Assembly (NCBI GenBank): GCA_028534125.1 | Contig: CM052817.1 | Location: forward strand, 25,546,001-25,606,000 | Direction of reading: 5' to 3' | Source: Lama glama | Lineage: Eukaryota | Length of the DNA stretch: 60,000 bases | Shown: one piece after another, positions 47,461 to 60,000 of the stretch | Position numbering within the stretch: position 1 is the stretch's first letter | How the letters are laid out: every line of letters begins with the position of its first letter | The notes under the pieces: generated by a model | Database searches by the model: none | Told to the model about the DNA's origin: nothing | The model's input: only the letters and a program-made list of their open reading frames with translations | Position numbers and translations under genes: made by a program

Positions 47461-50400
47461 GGTTTTTTTTTTTAACACAGATCATGTCCTTTATTTCTGT
47501 TATTCTTTTTTTTTAATACAAAATTTAAAATCAACTGTACTTCAATTAAAAAGCCAAAAAAAAAAGCCACCAATCAACCCACTTAATACATGGGCAGAAG
47601 AACTGAACAGACATTTTTCTACAAGAGGAAATGCAGATGGCCAACAGCAACACGAAAAGTCGCTCAATATCACTAATATCAGGGAAATGAAAACCAAAAT
47701 CACAATGAGATACCTCACACCTGTCAGAATGGCCATCATCAAAAAGAACACAAATAACAAATCTTGGCAAGGATGTGGAGAAAAGGGAGCCCTTGTACAT
47801 TGTTGGTGGGAATGTAAATTGGTGCAGCCACTATGGAAAACAACATGGACGCTTCTCAAAAGCCTAAAAGTAGAACCACTATATGGCTCAGCAACTCCAC
47901 TCCTGGGCATGTATCTGAGAAAAACAAAAAACATTAATTCAAAAAGACACATACACCCTGCTATTAACACCACCACCACTTACAATTGCTAGGATATGGA
48001 AACATCCCAAGTGCACATCAACAGATGAATGGACAAAGAAGATGTACCATATATATGCAATGAAATACAACTCACCCATAAAAAAGGATATTTTGCCATG
48101 TGCAGCCCTTCATTCACTTTTTTTTTTTTACTTCAAAAACCAGAATTTTATAACTGGCATAAATATTTCCATTGCATCAAAAACAAAATACCTGGAAATA
48201 AACTTAACCAAAGAGGTTACCTATACTCTGAAAACTGTAAAACACTGATGAAAGAAATTGAAGATGACACAAAGAAATGGAAAGATATTTTGTGCTCTTG
48301 GATTGGAAGAATCAATATTATCAAAATGGCCGTACTACCCAAAGCAATCTACAGATCCAATGCAACCCGTTAAAATACTCATGATATTTTCACAGAACTA
48401 CAACAAACAATTCCAAAATTTATATGGAATCATAAAAGACCAGAATTGCCAAAGCAATCTTTTGTAGGTCTTTTGTTTTTTCTTCCTTCTTTTTGTTCTC
48501 TTTTATTATGGTTTAATGACTAGAGAAGTCTCTAACATTTGTTGTAAAGCTGGTTTGGTGGTGCTGAATTTTTCTAGCTTTTGTTTATCTGTGAAGCTTT
48601 TAATTTCTCCATCAAATCTGAACGAGAGCCTTGCTGGACAGAGTATTCTTGGTTGTAAGTTTTCCCCTTTCACTACTTTAAACATATCCATTCTGGCCTG
48701 TAGAGTTTCTGCTGAAAAATCAGCTGATAACCTTATGGGAGTTCCCTTGTTATGTTATTTGTTGCTTTTCTCTTGTTCATTTTAGTATTTTCTCCTTATT
48801 CTCAATTTTTGTCAATTTGATGACTATGTGCTTTGGTGTATTCCTCTTTGGGTTGATCCTCTGTGGAACTCTTTGCACTTCCTGGACTTGGGTAACTGTT
48901 TCCTTTCACAACTTGGGGAAGTTTTTGGTTATTATCTCTCCAAAAATTTTCTCAGGTTCTTTCTCTCTCTCTTCTCTTTCTGGGACCCCTATAATGAGAA
49001 TATTACAGCGCTTCATGTTGTCCCAGAGTTCTCTTAAACTATCCTCATTTCTTTTCATTCTTTTTTCTGTTTTCTGTTCTGCAGTAGTGATTTCCACTAA
49101 TCTGTCTTCTGGCTCATTGATCCATTCTTCTGCCTCATTTAGTCTATTCTTGGTTCCTTCTAGTGTGGTACTCATTTCAGTGATTTTATTCTTCAACTCT
49201 GTTTGGGTATTCTTTATATTTTCCAACTCTTCATGAAAAACTTCGCTCTGTGCATCTATACTCCTCTTGAGTTCTCTGAACATCTTGGCCGTCATTACTT
49301 TAAATTCTCAGGTAAGCTTCCTATCTCCTTATCACTTATTTCTTCTTCTTGGATTTTTATCTTGTGCCTTGGCCTCGAAGATATTCCTCTGCCACCTCAT
49401 AATTGTCTATCTTCCTATTTGTAATTTTAGGTAGGTTAGTTACATTTCTCGACTTTGGAGAAGTGGCCCTCTGTGGGAGACGTCCTATGTGTCCCAGCAT
49501 TATACTTCTCTCTTGTCACCTGAGGGCCAGGGTCCAGCCAGTCCCAATGTAGAGTCTGGCCTGTGTTTGTGGATTCCTTCCACAGGCTTTGGGATTGTTG
49601 TTTTCTTTCTTTTTTTTTTTAACATTTTTTATTGAGTTATAGTCATTTTACAATGTTGTGTCAAATTCCAGTGTAGAGAACAATTTTTCAGTTATACACG
49701 AACATACATACATTCATTGTCACATTCTCTTTTGCTGTGAGCCTCCACAAGAGGGATTGTTGTTTTCTTATTTCTGGTATCTGCCCTCTGGTGGGTGAGG
49801 CTGGACTAGAGGCTTATGCAGGTTTCCTGGCAGGAGGAGCCAGTGCCTGCCCACTGCTGGGTGAAGCTTGGTCCTGGACCTCTGGTGAGTAGGGCCATGC
49901 CTGGAGTGTTTGTGGCTCAGAGAGCCTGCTGATGGGTGGGGCTGTGTTCCCAAGCAGTATGTTGTTTGGCCTGAGGCGTCCCAGCCCTTAAGCCTACAGG
50001 CTGCTGGGTGGGGTTAGGTCTTGGTGCTAATGATCCAATCAAGATGTCAGCCTCCAGGAAAGCTCATATACATCAACACTCCTGAAATGTCCACGACCAG
50101 CTTTTATGCTTCCTGGGTGAGCCACAGCCATCCCCTATCTCCCCAAGAGACCCTCCAAAACCAGCAGGCAGGTCTGGCCCAGGTTCCTATGAAATCACTG
50201 CCTCTGCCCTTGGACCTGGCGCACTCGAGATTCTGTGTACACTTCCCAAGAGAATGAAGTCTCTGTTTCCCCATATGGGCTCCTGGAGTTAAGCCCCCCG
50301 GCCTTCAAAACCATATGTCCTGGGGTCTCCTCCTCCCAGTGCCAGAACCCCAGGCTGGGGAGCCTACCATGGGGCTTAGAGCTCTCCCTCCTATGGGAGG

Positions 50401-50679
50401 GCCTCTGCAACTTAATTATTCTTCAGCTTGTGGGCCGCCCACCCAGGGGGTATGAGGCCTGATTATATCATGAGCACGCCCCTCCTACCATCCCACTGTG
50501 GTTCCCTCTTTATGTTTACAGGTAAAGATCTTTTCCAGGAAGAAGATCTTTTTCGCTAGGTTCCAGTCTTTTTTTTCCCTGATGGTTATTCAGCAGTCAG
50601 TTAGTTGTGGTTATGTTGTAGTTGTGAGGAGAGGCGAGCTCGTGGTCCTACTACTCTGCCATGTTGACCAGAAAGTCCT
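47461..50679 (-). mobile_element. Rearranged L1 (5'UTR plus ORF1 on minus, ORF2 pieces on plus) inserted into an MLT1 3' end
   Basis: L1 5' end (aggactttctggtcaacatggcagag) at 50679 and ORF1 coiled coil/RRM at 48506-49295. Plus-strand ORF2 pieces lie at 47570-48460. TSD TAAATTTCTG at 47451-47460 and 50680-50689. A nested young L1 end at 49607-49752 has TSD GGGATTGTTGTTTTCT. Confidence 0.7.
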
Positions 50680-51611
50680 TAAATTTCTGTTGTTTTAAGC
50701 CACCTGATTTGTGGGAGTCTGTTATGGCAGCCACAGGGATCTAACACAAGGGTCTACACACTTATGCTGGTATATGCAGAAAAATCTTTTTTTCTGAAGG
50801 GATATCTAAGAAACTGTTACCTGTGAGCAGAAGAAACAAGGGAGAGAGAGAGATTTCTACTCACCATTTTATGCTCTTTTGTCCTATTTGAAATTTTTTA
50901 CAGCATTAATGTGCATGTATTACTTTTATTTTTAAAAAATAAAATAGCATTATAGTGGGATAAGTAAAATAACATAGCCCAAAGCCAGCAAACATATCGT
51001 CCCTGTACGAACAGAAGTAAAACATTATTTTAATGATTTTTACTCTAAAAAAACTACCTTACTCTTTCCCTGGAAAATCAGTAAATAAATATTCGTGCCT
51101 ACCAACAGCTTTGAAATAAGTTATGTGAAAATTATCAATATCATAAAATATGCAAACCACTAGAAATAAAATTGATAACTCAGATATTAATATTAAAACC
51201 AAAATCTTCTGCTAAATTAAAAAAAAAAGCCACATTCCAGGAGAAGATATTTGCAACACATATAACCACAAAAGGATTAATATCTTAAATATCTAAACAA
51301 TTCCTATAGATCAGTAATAAAATGGCTAACAAACACAACTGGGGGAGGAATTAGCAAAAGATATAAATGAATGGATAACAGGAGACACCATTGTATACCC
51401 CTGGGATGGACAAAAATTAAAACATCTAATAACACCAAGTGTTGGTCAGAATGTGAGGAAACAGGAGCGCTCATACGTGTCCAGAGATTCTGACTTCAAT
51501 AGTCTGGGATGGGGCCAGACATCAGTATTATTTTGCAAGCTCTTCAGGTGATGCCACTCCAACTCAGAAAGGATCAGGGAATGCTGAGACATGATCACCA
51601 TTCTGAACACA

Positions 51612-51625
51612 TCGCCCTCTAGTGG
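51612..51625 (-). promoter_or_regulatory. Strong CTCF motif
   Basis: The minus strand CCACTAGAGGGCGA matches the CTCF core CCASYAGRKGGCR. Confidence 0.6.
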
Positions 51626-51779
51626 TTCCTGTTTTCCCCAACTGCACTCCTCACACCTCAGGGTTTGGAGGTGATGTAGGTGTCCTTGACTCTCCCTGCT
51701 ACTTCGCGATCACTAACTGCTTTGTTTTCAACAAGAATGATTTGGCAAATGTTTAGAGTGCACTACCTCCTCCTTTCTG

Positions 51780-53190
51780 CCACCAGAAATCCTTGAAAGA
51801 GATGTTTACTCACTGTCTCTAATCATTCTCCTCCCATTCCCTCAAATCCACTCAATTCAGATTTCCTTCCCCACCACTCCAGAGACATAACCCTTGTCAA
51901 GGTCACCAATGACCCCCCACATTGCCAAATCCAAGGGTCAATTCTCAAATTTCATCTGAGCTATCAGCAGCATTGAACACAGTTACAAGATCTTGAAAAG
52001 TTTTCTTACCTGGTTTCTGGAACCCCATATTCCCTCCTCCATTCCCACTCCCCCCACCTTCCTCCCAATTTTCCTGCTAAATCACTGGCATTCCTTCCTA
52101 GTTCCCTTCTGGGTCCTCCTTATGTCTCTGACATGGAACACCCAAGACTCAGCCTTGGACATCTTTTCTTCTCTAACTCCATGCACTCGCATCCTAGCTC
52201 ATGGCTTCAAAACTATTTATTCGCTGATGACTCTCCAGTTACCACCTCCAGCCCAGACTCTTGTATCCAACTGCCTGCTCTAAACATTTGCTAAATCATT
52301 CTTGTTGAAAACTAACCCTTGAATCCTCACTACCTCCAACCTCCCCCTTTGGCATCCTTCCCCATCTCAGTAAATGATACTTCTATTCCCCCAGGCTAAA
52401 ATCCTTGGAGTAATTAGTGACTTCTTTCTTTTGCTCCAACTCTGCATCCAACCCATGAGCAAAAATTTTGTTGAGTTTTTCTTTGAAATATACCTGCAAG
52501 CAAAACCATTCTCTTGCCCTCCACCATTCCCATGTGGCCAAACCATCATCTCCCTCACATGGGTAACTGCAGTGGTCTCTGAATTCTATCTGGCTCTACC
52601 TTTCCCTCCACCGACCCACCCCACCCCATCCCATCCCACTCCAACCCAATTAGAATCGTGGCACACTCCTACTCAAAAGCTGTAAAGATTCCCTTCTCAC
52701 TCAAAGTCAAAATCCCCACCATGGTTCACAAGGCACTGCCTGGCCTGCCCCATCTCTCAGTCTTCACTACCTCTGTGGACTCATTTCCTTCCACTCTGAC
52801 CCATCTTCCCTCTGCTCCAGCCTCACTGGCCAACTCACCATTCTGTGATGGCACCAACCATGCTCCCACACTGCTCCTGCAGGTCCCCCTGCCCGAAACT
52901 GCCCCCAGACATCACCACTGTTCACCCCCTTACTTCCACAAAGTCTACGCTGAAGTGCTGCTCTACCTGCAGGACCCTCTCCGATCACAAGTGCTCCCAC
53001 CCATCCTTCTCTAGACCCTACAGAGTCCATATTCTGCTTTATTTACCATCTAATATACTTCTAGTTAGGGTCTATCTCCCTTTCTCGTTGTGGGCAGGAC
53101 TCTTCTTTGCCCCTTACTTCATTCGCAACACCTAAAGCAGTTCTAGGTACGTAGCATATGTTCAAAAAGGTTTTGTTGAATTAATGATTG
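51780..53190 (+). mobile_element. L2 fragment
   Basis: gtcaaggtcaccaatgac...ttgccaaatccaa, gctgatgactctc and ccaggctaaaatccttggagt, with the terminal ttgttgaattaatga. Confidence 0.75.
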
Positions 53191-54729
53191 GACCACACTG
53201 TAGGACAATTTCAGGGTATCTAGTGAAGATGCCCTGGCTTATAGCCTGGAATACAAGAAAACATACACACAGATGGCCATGGCAGCATTATATGCAATAT
53301 ACTATATAGCACTCTGTTGGCATTCCGCACATCTAATACCATGCAACAGTGAAACGTGAAACACACTAAATACCCATCACTTGGGGAATGGATAGATTGT
53401 GGCACATTCATACAGTGGAATCCCACGAAGACTTTAAAATGAACATGTTAGAGCTACACGTGTGAATGTGAATGGTTCTCAAAGATACAGTGTTGAGTAA
53501 ACAAGTGTACAGGATGTTATTTATAACATTTTAAAACACTGAAAAATAATTCTATATAGTGTTTATGGATAAGGAGATGTGCAGTAAAGTAGAAATATGA
53601 GTGGGAAGGATGGACAACAAGCTCAGGACACTAGTTTCTTCCAGAGAAACTGGAGAATAGAAGGAACAGGGTTTCAAGCATATCTGTAACTTTCTTCTTT
53701 TAAAAGAAGATTCCAAAATAAATATGGCCAAAAAAAATTTTACTACATCTACATTTTGTTATATCATTCATTAAATTTTTTTACAGAAATAAGTATTTGT
53801 TATTTTATTCTCTAGTTTTCTATGTCTTAACTACTCTGGAATTTTTTAAATAAATAAAACAGTTTTACATTGCAAACAAATGAAAGTTTTGAAATAAACC
53901 TGGTGGACTGAGAAGAGCAACATTTGAGTAAAAAAGCATAATTACAGTCAGCAACAAAACCTGTTAACAGTGTTGCTTGGTTGATATCCTCTTACTGGAA
54001 CGGTGTGTTTTGGGTCCAAGGAGAAAAGGAAACCAGACCTTTAAAAAGGAATGTCATCCGGTTTCTGTGGGTCAGCAGGGCAGGGAGGAGCAGGTGTGGC
54101 AAAGGTACTTGCTGTGCCTAGGCGAACACAGAAGTCACAGGCATGGTGTTTGTGTCCAGGGAACACCAAAACACACCTGCCACACCTGCTATACACTTTG
54201 CGAACACTCACAACTGCAGACCTCAGAAAAAAATCACTTTTTAAAATTGAGTTTTCCCTTTTATGTAAAATATAAATATACATATATAATTACAAGAATA
54301 GGTTTACACTCTACACACACTTTTGTAAGCTTCCCCCGCCCTCACCTTAATACTTGGCTGTGGCCTGCCTGCCTTCCATGTTAACAAACTGGACGTACAG
54401 TTATCATTTTTAATGCGTACAGTATATCCGACTGTTTGAAGTTACTGTAGTTTACTTCACTCATCCTTTATCGGGGGAAAATTATTTCCGGGTTATTTTC
54501 CTTGGCATAAACAACCATAACAAACATCCTCGTACATACATATTCGCACATTTGACTGTTAGGACAAATTCGCAGACGTGGAATTCCTGGGCCAAAGATA
54601 ATGCATTTGAATTTTCATCCACATTTCCAAACTGGCCTTCTAGAAAAGGTTTTTGTTTGGTGGTTTTTAAATCAGGTTACTGTTCCACCAACAGGGTAAG
54701 GACAAGCTGTTGACAGCAACATCGGGGAA

Positions 54730-55800
54730 ACCGCAAACACTTACTGAACTTGAGTGACCCCTTCCCGGCGAAACTGCGGCGTTTCCGGGGCGCTTTTAAA
54801 GAAAGGGGAGGGATGCAGAGAACCCCGAGACCCGCCCCGGGTGGGGCTGGGCACCCCCTCCGGCTCAGCCGGCGGCTCGTTTCCCTGGGAGGGTCGGCGG
54901 CGAGGCCCGGACGCTCCGGCCAGGGAGAGGTGGTGTCGCGGCCCGAGCGGCGCTCGAGGCCGGGGCGGGCTCACGCGGGGGCGGGGCCCTGTCGGGGCCG
55001 CGAGGCGGGGCGGCTCGGCCCGTCCACCCCGCGCCCCCTGCCGGCCCGCCCTCCGGCCGCGTCCCCGCCAGCCCTGCCGACGTGGCGGGGCGGGACCCGG
55101 CGGGCGCTCCCGCGCGCACTCGGCCGCCTGAGCGGTAAGAGCCCCGGGCACTTCTCGCCGCCATCCCCTTCCGCGGGCGGGGGGCTGCGGGGCAGCCGCC
55201 GGTGGGTGGTGGGGAGACCCTGCCGCCGCCGCTCGTCCTGCTCCCCGAACCCTGCCCGCTGCGTTAGTGAGAAGCCGTCGGCAGAGACTTGGCACGGGGT
55301 GCGGGACCGGGAGCACCGGCCTTGGGGGTGAAGGTGCGGGCGGCGCGGCCGAGGGCCCTGCGTGGGTGCGGGCGTGTGAGTGTGTGTGTGTGAGTGTGTG
55401 TCGCTCCGGGTCCACGCTCATGCACACACCCACACGCCCGCACTCCGGCTCTGCCCCCTCGGCCGGCGTGAACGTCTGCAGAGCCTGTGCTCCCGAAGTA
55501 TCTGGTCCCAGCACCAAGCAAGTCTGAAAAAGTTTCCCCAAGGTCTCGGGTCCGAGTGAGAGGTAGGCTGCAGGGTCCCGGCAGCCGGGGGCACCGAGGG
55601 AGCAGGTCCCACCCCTGGGCTCGCCGGCCTTTGGCCTCGGAAAACCGAGCTCAGGCCTTGACCTCGCACCCAAGCTCATCATTTCTCCCCACGCAGACGC
55701 CCGCCCTTCCACCTCAGCCCACACCCGAAGCCTGCAGCATCTCCATTCACAGCCAGGCTGAGTTCTGTTCCCTCCCCTAGGTTGAGTCGTACCCACTACT
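54730..55800 (+). promoter_or_regulatory. FAM114A1: CpG island / promoter and non-coding exon 1 of FAM114A1
   Basis: Very GC/CpG-rich with multiple GC boxes. Donor GCG|GTAAGA at 55135; possible exon 2 at ~55482-55562. The gene identity comes from synteny (upstream of TLR6, opposite strand) and the intronic MIR574. Confidence 0.8.
55353..55448 (+). ncRNA. MIR574: pre-miR-574 hairpin (5p 55377-55399; 3p 55413-55434)
   Basis: TGAGTGTGTGTGTGTGAGTGTGT and CACGCTCATGCACACACCCACA match mature miR-574-5p and -3p, and the arms are complementary. Its known location is FAM114A1 intron 1. Confidence 0.95.
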
Positions 55801-58800
55801 CAGCTCCCCAGCCCCCCACCCGCCCACCCCATCGGCTCTTCTGCCCGGGAATCCAGTGAGTCTTTCCAGCCGTCTCAGATTAGGCGCCTGGACTTCACTG
55901 CCCTTTCCTGGTGTAGGAGGACCTCTCTGTATGAGCTGTAACGGTGACATCTGTGTCTTACTGATCCCATCAGTTCCCATTCTAAGCATCTTGAGAGATT
56001 CAAGCGGGTGGCTTTTAAAAATCAGTGTCTCTTGAACTCCAGAAGACCTCAGCTAACCTGAGGAAACTGAGAATGAGGCAAGCTTTCTCCTCGGAGGCCC
56101 CTCTCTGCCCTCTTTTCCTCCTAATGCCTCTTTCCCACTTCACCGCTCTCCATTCCCTGCTCTCTCCTTCCTTTCCTCCTTCAGAACCCGACCTCAGGAA
56201 GGGGTCTGATTAACTCCTTACACTAAGCTTTAAGCAAAAGAAGGAAACTTCCAAGGTGGAATTAGAGGTTCCAGGGAGCCAGTGCATAAGGAATTTGAGG
56301 GTGAGAGGGGGCTGCTAAGTCTTAGGGATTCAGACCATATAAGTAGCCATTTATCTATAAGACCAGGCTTATATCGAATGTTGTTTCTCTTTAATCAGTA
56401 TCAATGTATTTCAGTTCCATAAATATTGGAGGGTCGGAAACCAAGCTCGGTGCTTGTTGATCACAGTTCTGGAGGAGAGAATGACACAGAAACAAATACT
56501 CCTTATAGATGTCATAGAAGTCCGTGCAAAGCTTCATGAAAAACATGGAAAAGGGAGTAAATAATTCTTTGGAAGGAGTGGGGCAAATTAAGGAAAATTT
56601 CAGAGTGAAAAGTGACATTAGACATAGAGAAGCAAATAGGAGTTTGCCAGGCAAATGGAGGCAGGGCATCCTGGGCAGAAGAACCAGCATAAGCAAAGGC
56701 AAGGAGCTGGGAATGTTTATGAGCTGCACGGGCAGTGATGGAAAGTCTGGTGAGGCAAGAGTGTGCGGTGTGTTGAGTCACAGGAGGTGGACAGAGAGAT
56801 TGGAGCTGGTTTATGGGTGGCCACAGATGCTGTGCAAAGGTGTTTAAATCTAATGGTTTGTAAACAAGGGAGCAAGTGGGTCCCATGTGTGTTTCATAAA
56901 AATATCTGGCAGGCACATGAAGGCTAGACTGCAGGAAAAAGAGACTGGGGTCTGAGCACGTGTACTTGTCTAGTGCCATAGGACTCTTACAACCTGATTA
57001 AGACTCTATTATCCACAGTTTTTGTTCCTCGTCTTTCACTGAGCAACATTTTTTAAAACTGGGGGCAGTGATTTCACACAGGGTATTGTATTACCAAATT
57101 CTTACTTTGCCAAGTGAGACCATTAAAAAAAATACATCCACTGCACCACTATTTCATAAGATGAAAGACACTTGAATACCAGGAAAAGCTTGGAGGCTAA
57201 ACTGGCAAGGTGAAGGCAGTCCTCTACATGTAATAAATTTAGATCGATGAAAAACTCACTATCTTGTCCTCATTTTTCTCTGTCATCATGGACTGGTCCC
57301 TGTCCTACAGTCTGGTGTCGGGGAAGAAAATATATAAATCACTTTGTCCAGCCTTACTCTACAGAGGAGGAAGTGAGGAAGCCCAGCAAAAATGATGGAG
57401 GTGTACGCCCACAGAGGGATAGTAGGACCAGGGCATGGCTCTTTCTGCCTCAGAATCCACCCCTCCCATCCCTTACTATTTCTCCTTGTGGCCAGCCACG
57501 CAGCACCCATTCTGAGTATCTCAATTCATTCCTGGGCATTTGCACATACTCTGATCCCATCATGCCTGAATAACCATATCAAAGCCACTTTCCAGATTCT
57601 CCTTTGCATGAGATCAGCCTAATTCCCTGCTTTGATGTGCTGTTTTACATCATTGTTTAACCATTTCGTGTTAGGTGGAATAGTTTCCTGGACCTTCACT
57701 GACCTGGAGTAAAATGAGAACAGATTATTCACTTTCTGAAGGATAGTAACCATGTCTTCCGTTTTAAACCTATTTCTGGAGCCACAGTATTGCTGTTCCA
57801 ATACCTAACATAGTTCTGGGAGCATTTTAGGTGATGAATGAATTTGCTCATGAAAAACTAACTTATTCCCAGCCCACAAAGGCTTCTTTATATGCCACTC
57901 TTCCTTTCCTTGGAGTTTTACTGAAGAAGCCTCCTTGTTTCTGTGGATTGAGTCTCCATAGCATCAAAGCCACAGGACGTGGCTGCAGTGATCAGCGTTC
58001 CAAACCGTAAATGAGGAAAGGTTTAAATCTTGACTGCTTATGGGGCACCCAGGCAGGGATGGAGACTGTCCCAGGAAACACAGCACGTGTCATGGCTGTA
58101 GTCCTCGTGGACTCCATCAGTCACTGCACAGAAACAGCTGTGTCTTTAGAACACACAGTTTCTAATGGCTGCAGACAAAAGAGCACCGTCTTAAAAATGA
58201 TTACATCTCTCCTGTCATAATAACATCCAGAGTAGACAAAGGTCTACCAGAACATGCAAAAACAGTTTTTTTGGGTTTTTCTTTATTGGTTTTGATTTAG
58301 GGAAAATGTGGACCAGTAACAGGTACAAGTTCATGTAAAATTAGACTTTAAAGTAGGCTGAATATGATGGTAAGTTTTTTTTATTATTTGAAGAGATGTA
58401 AAAATAGAGCCTTTCTGAAATGTATAAATTATCCATAAATGTTTCCTAACAGTATCAGTTCAACACGGCTGATTTGGGGGTGTTTCTGAAGGAATGGCTT
58501 CATGTTGCTGGTGGAACACAGAGTAGCCACGGGAAGAGTGGTTTTGTTGCAGCAGTTTTCCCACAATTGAGAGGAACTGACCAAAAACAATTTGACCATC
58601 CGAGATGGGTGAGGGCCTCCTATGCAACCTCCCTCCCAACAGCGGTGTGTCCAGGAATCCACCTCTCAGGTGGAGTTCTTCCGCTCACTCATGTGTCTTT
58701 CAGCAGCCGGGCTCAGTTATAAAGCTTGTTCTTGTGAGTTGATGAAGTCCTAGCTCTCTGTCCTTTTAGGCCTCTGGTAAGGATGGCTGTAGAGGTAGGA

Positions 58801-59593
58801 GTCAGCTAGCCTTCTAATCAGGCCTTGGGGTTCTCCCACAGTGAGAAGAACTAGAAAAGCTCTACTGCAAAGCACAAGAGCTGCTGGACTCAATGTAATG
58901 TTTTGCCCTGGAAATAGACCAGCAGAAACACCTGTACGTTATTTCTTGCCAGTCCTCTGTAAGCACCATTTGCATTTCGTCAGTGAAAAATGATTTCTAA
59001 TAGCCCTTATGCCAAGTAGCACACCCTGAAGTAGCGATCAGGGACAAGGATAGTTGAACCCTCTCAAGAGGCGAACACTCAATTACAGATTCTGAAATGT
59101 TAACTGAAGACCCCCGGAGAGCATGTTCCTGAATAGGGCACTTCAACTGTTAACCAACCACCCCCAGGGCGTACGGTACAGCTAACCCGCAGAGAGGTCA
59201 CAGGGTATGTGGTGAAGTGTTTTAGCATTAGGAACAATATCACAGCAATTTAGGGCAAAGCAGATACGAAGTTGTTTATAATGCTTTTTATTTGCCCATG
59301 AGTGTTTATCATAACCAGGCTTATTCTCATGTTCCTGCTTATAGAGAAGTGAAAGAGTTTGGAGCTTCTTAATAATCCAGATTAATAGTAAGGATTGTCC
59401 AATTATCTTACAAAGAAATTAAAATATCAGACAGTGCCCATGGTCAGCTGTTGATGAACTAAAAAAGGGGATATAAGTAATGTCCAAGTATGGGACCTAT
59501 TCCCTTTATGGTCACGGCCCTAGGACCCAGGTGAGGAGAAGGTAAATGAGGACAGAAAACTCTAGGCCGTGGCAATCACGCAATGTCCTAGAT

Positions 59594-59822
59594 CATGGGT
59601 CAGCAAACATTTTCTGTAAAGGGCCAGAGAGTAAGTATTTTGGGCCTTGCAACTTTGTGGGCCATATGGTCTCTGTCGTGACTGTTCAACTCGGCTGTTG
59701 TGGCAGAGACGCCAAAGACAATACAAAAACAAATGAGCATGTCTGTGTTCCAGTAGAATTTTATTTACCAAAACAGAGGGAAGGCAAGACTTAGCCAGCA
59801 GGCTATAGTTTGCCAACCCCTG
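59594..59822. mobile_element. MER58A-like hAT MITE
   Basis: Starts gggtcagcaaac.ttttctgtaaagggccaga and ends tagtttgccaacccctg. Confidence 0.8.
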
Positions 59823-60000
59823 TCCCAGGCCAGTCCTAACTCAAAGGTTTTCCCAGAGACTTTATAAGCTTCCACATGGTAATAATTTTTCAAGTACCCT
59901 CCCTTAGTCTCATCCACCCCCGACGAACCACAGTAACTACCCTTTTTCTGTAGAGTGGCCTTTGTCACTCTTTACTATTTCAATTAGTCACTGACCACTC

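Noticed and set aside
23809..50698. Numerous 60-145-aa ORFs
   Set aside because: They translate as L1 ORF1/ORF2 fragments or their antisense frames, not host genes.
54741..55796. 351-aa and other overlapping Pro/Arg/Gly-rich ORFs
   Set aside because: Stop-codon scarcity in a CpG island explains them; there is no domain signature and they overlap the FAM114A1 promoter and MIR574.

Overview
Mammalian genomic DNA, almost certainly camelid (two Vic-1-type tRNA-derived SINEs and several young camelid-type L1 3' ends), covering the TLR10-TLR1-TLR6-FAM114A1 cluster. The minus strand carries a probable TLR10 5' exon/promoter (~1.6-2.1 kb), a complete TLR1 gene (796 aa, three upstream non-coding exons) and TLR6. 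The TLR6 coding exon is broken by a 100-N gap that really hides ~428 bp, and its first exon is near 45.7 kb. The plus strand carries the FAM114A1 CpG-island promoter with intronic MIR574. The most notable feature is a full-length 6.76-kb class III (ERV-S/HERV-S-like) provirus at 15914-22670, head-to-head with the TLR1 promoter and ~1.1 kb from it. It has ~96%-identical LTRs with clustered NR5A motifs, a perfect tRNA-Ser(CGA) PBS and a nearly intact ERV-L/Fv1-type gag. It also has an in-frame gag-pro amber codon followed by a hairpin, a decayed pol with a possible pseudo-dUTPase, and a very compact gamma-type env whose start codon appears to be supplied by splicing. The rest is mostly L1/L2/MaLR/DNA-transposon debris, with assembly gaps at 392-891, 31015-31114 and 40173-40672.
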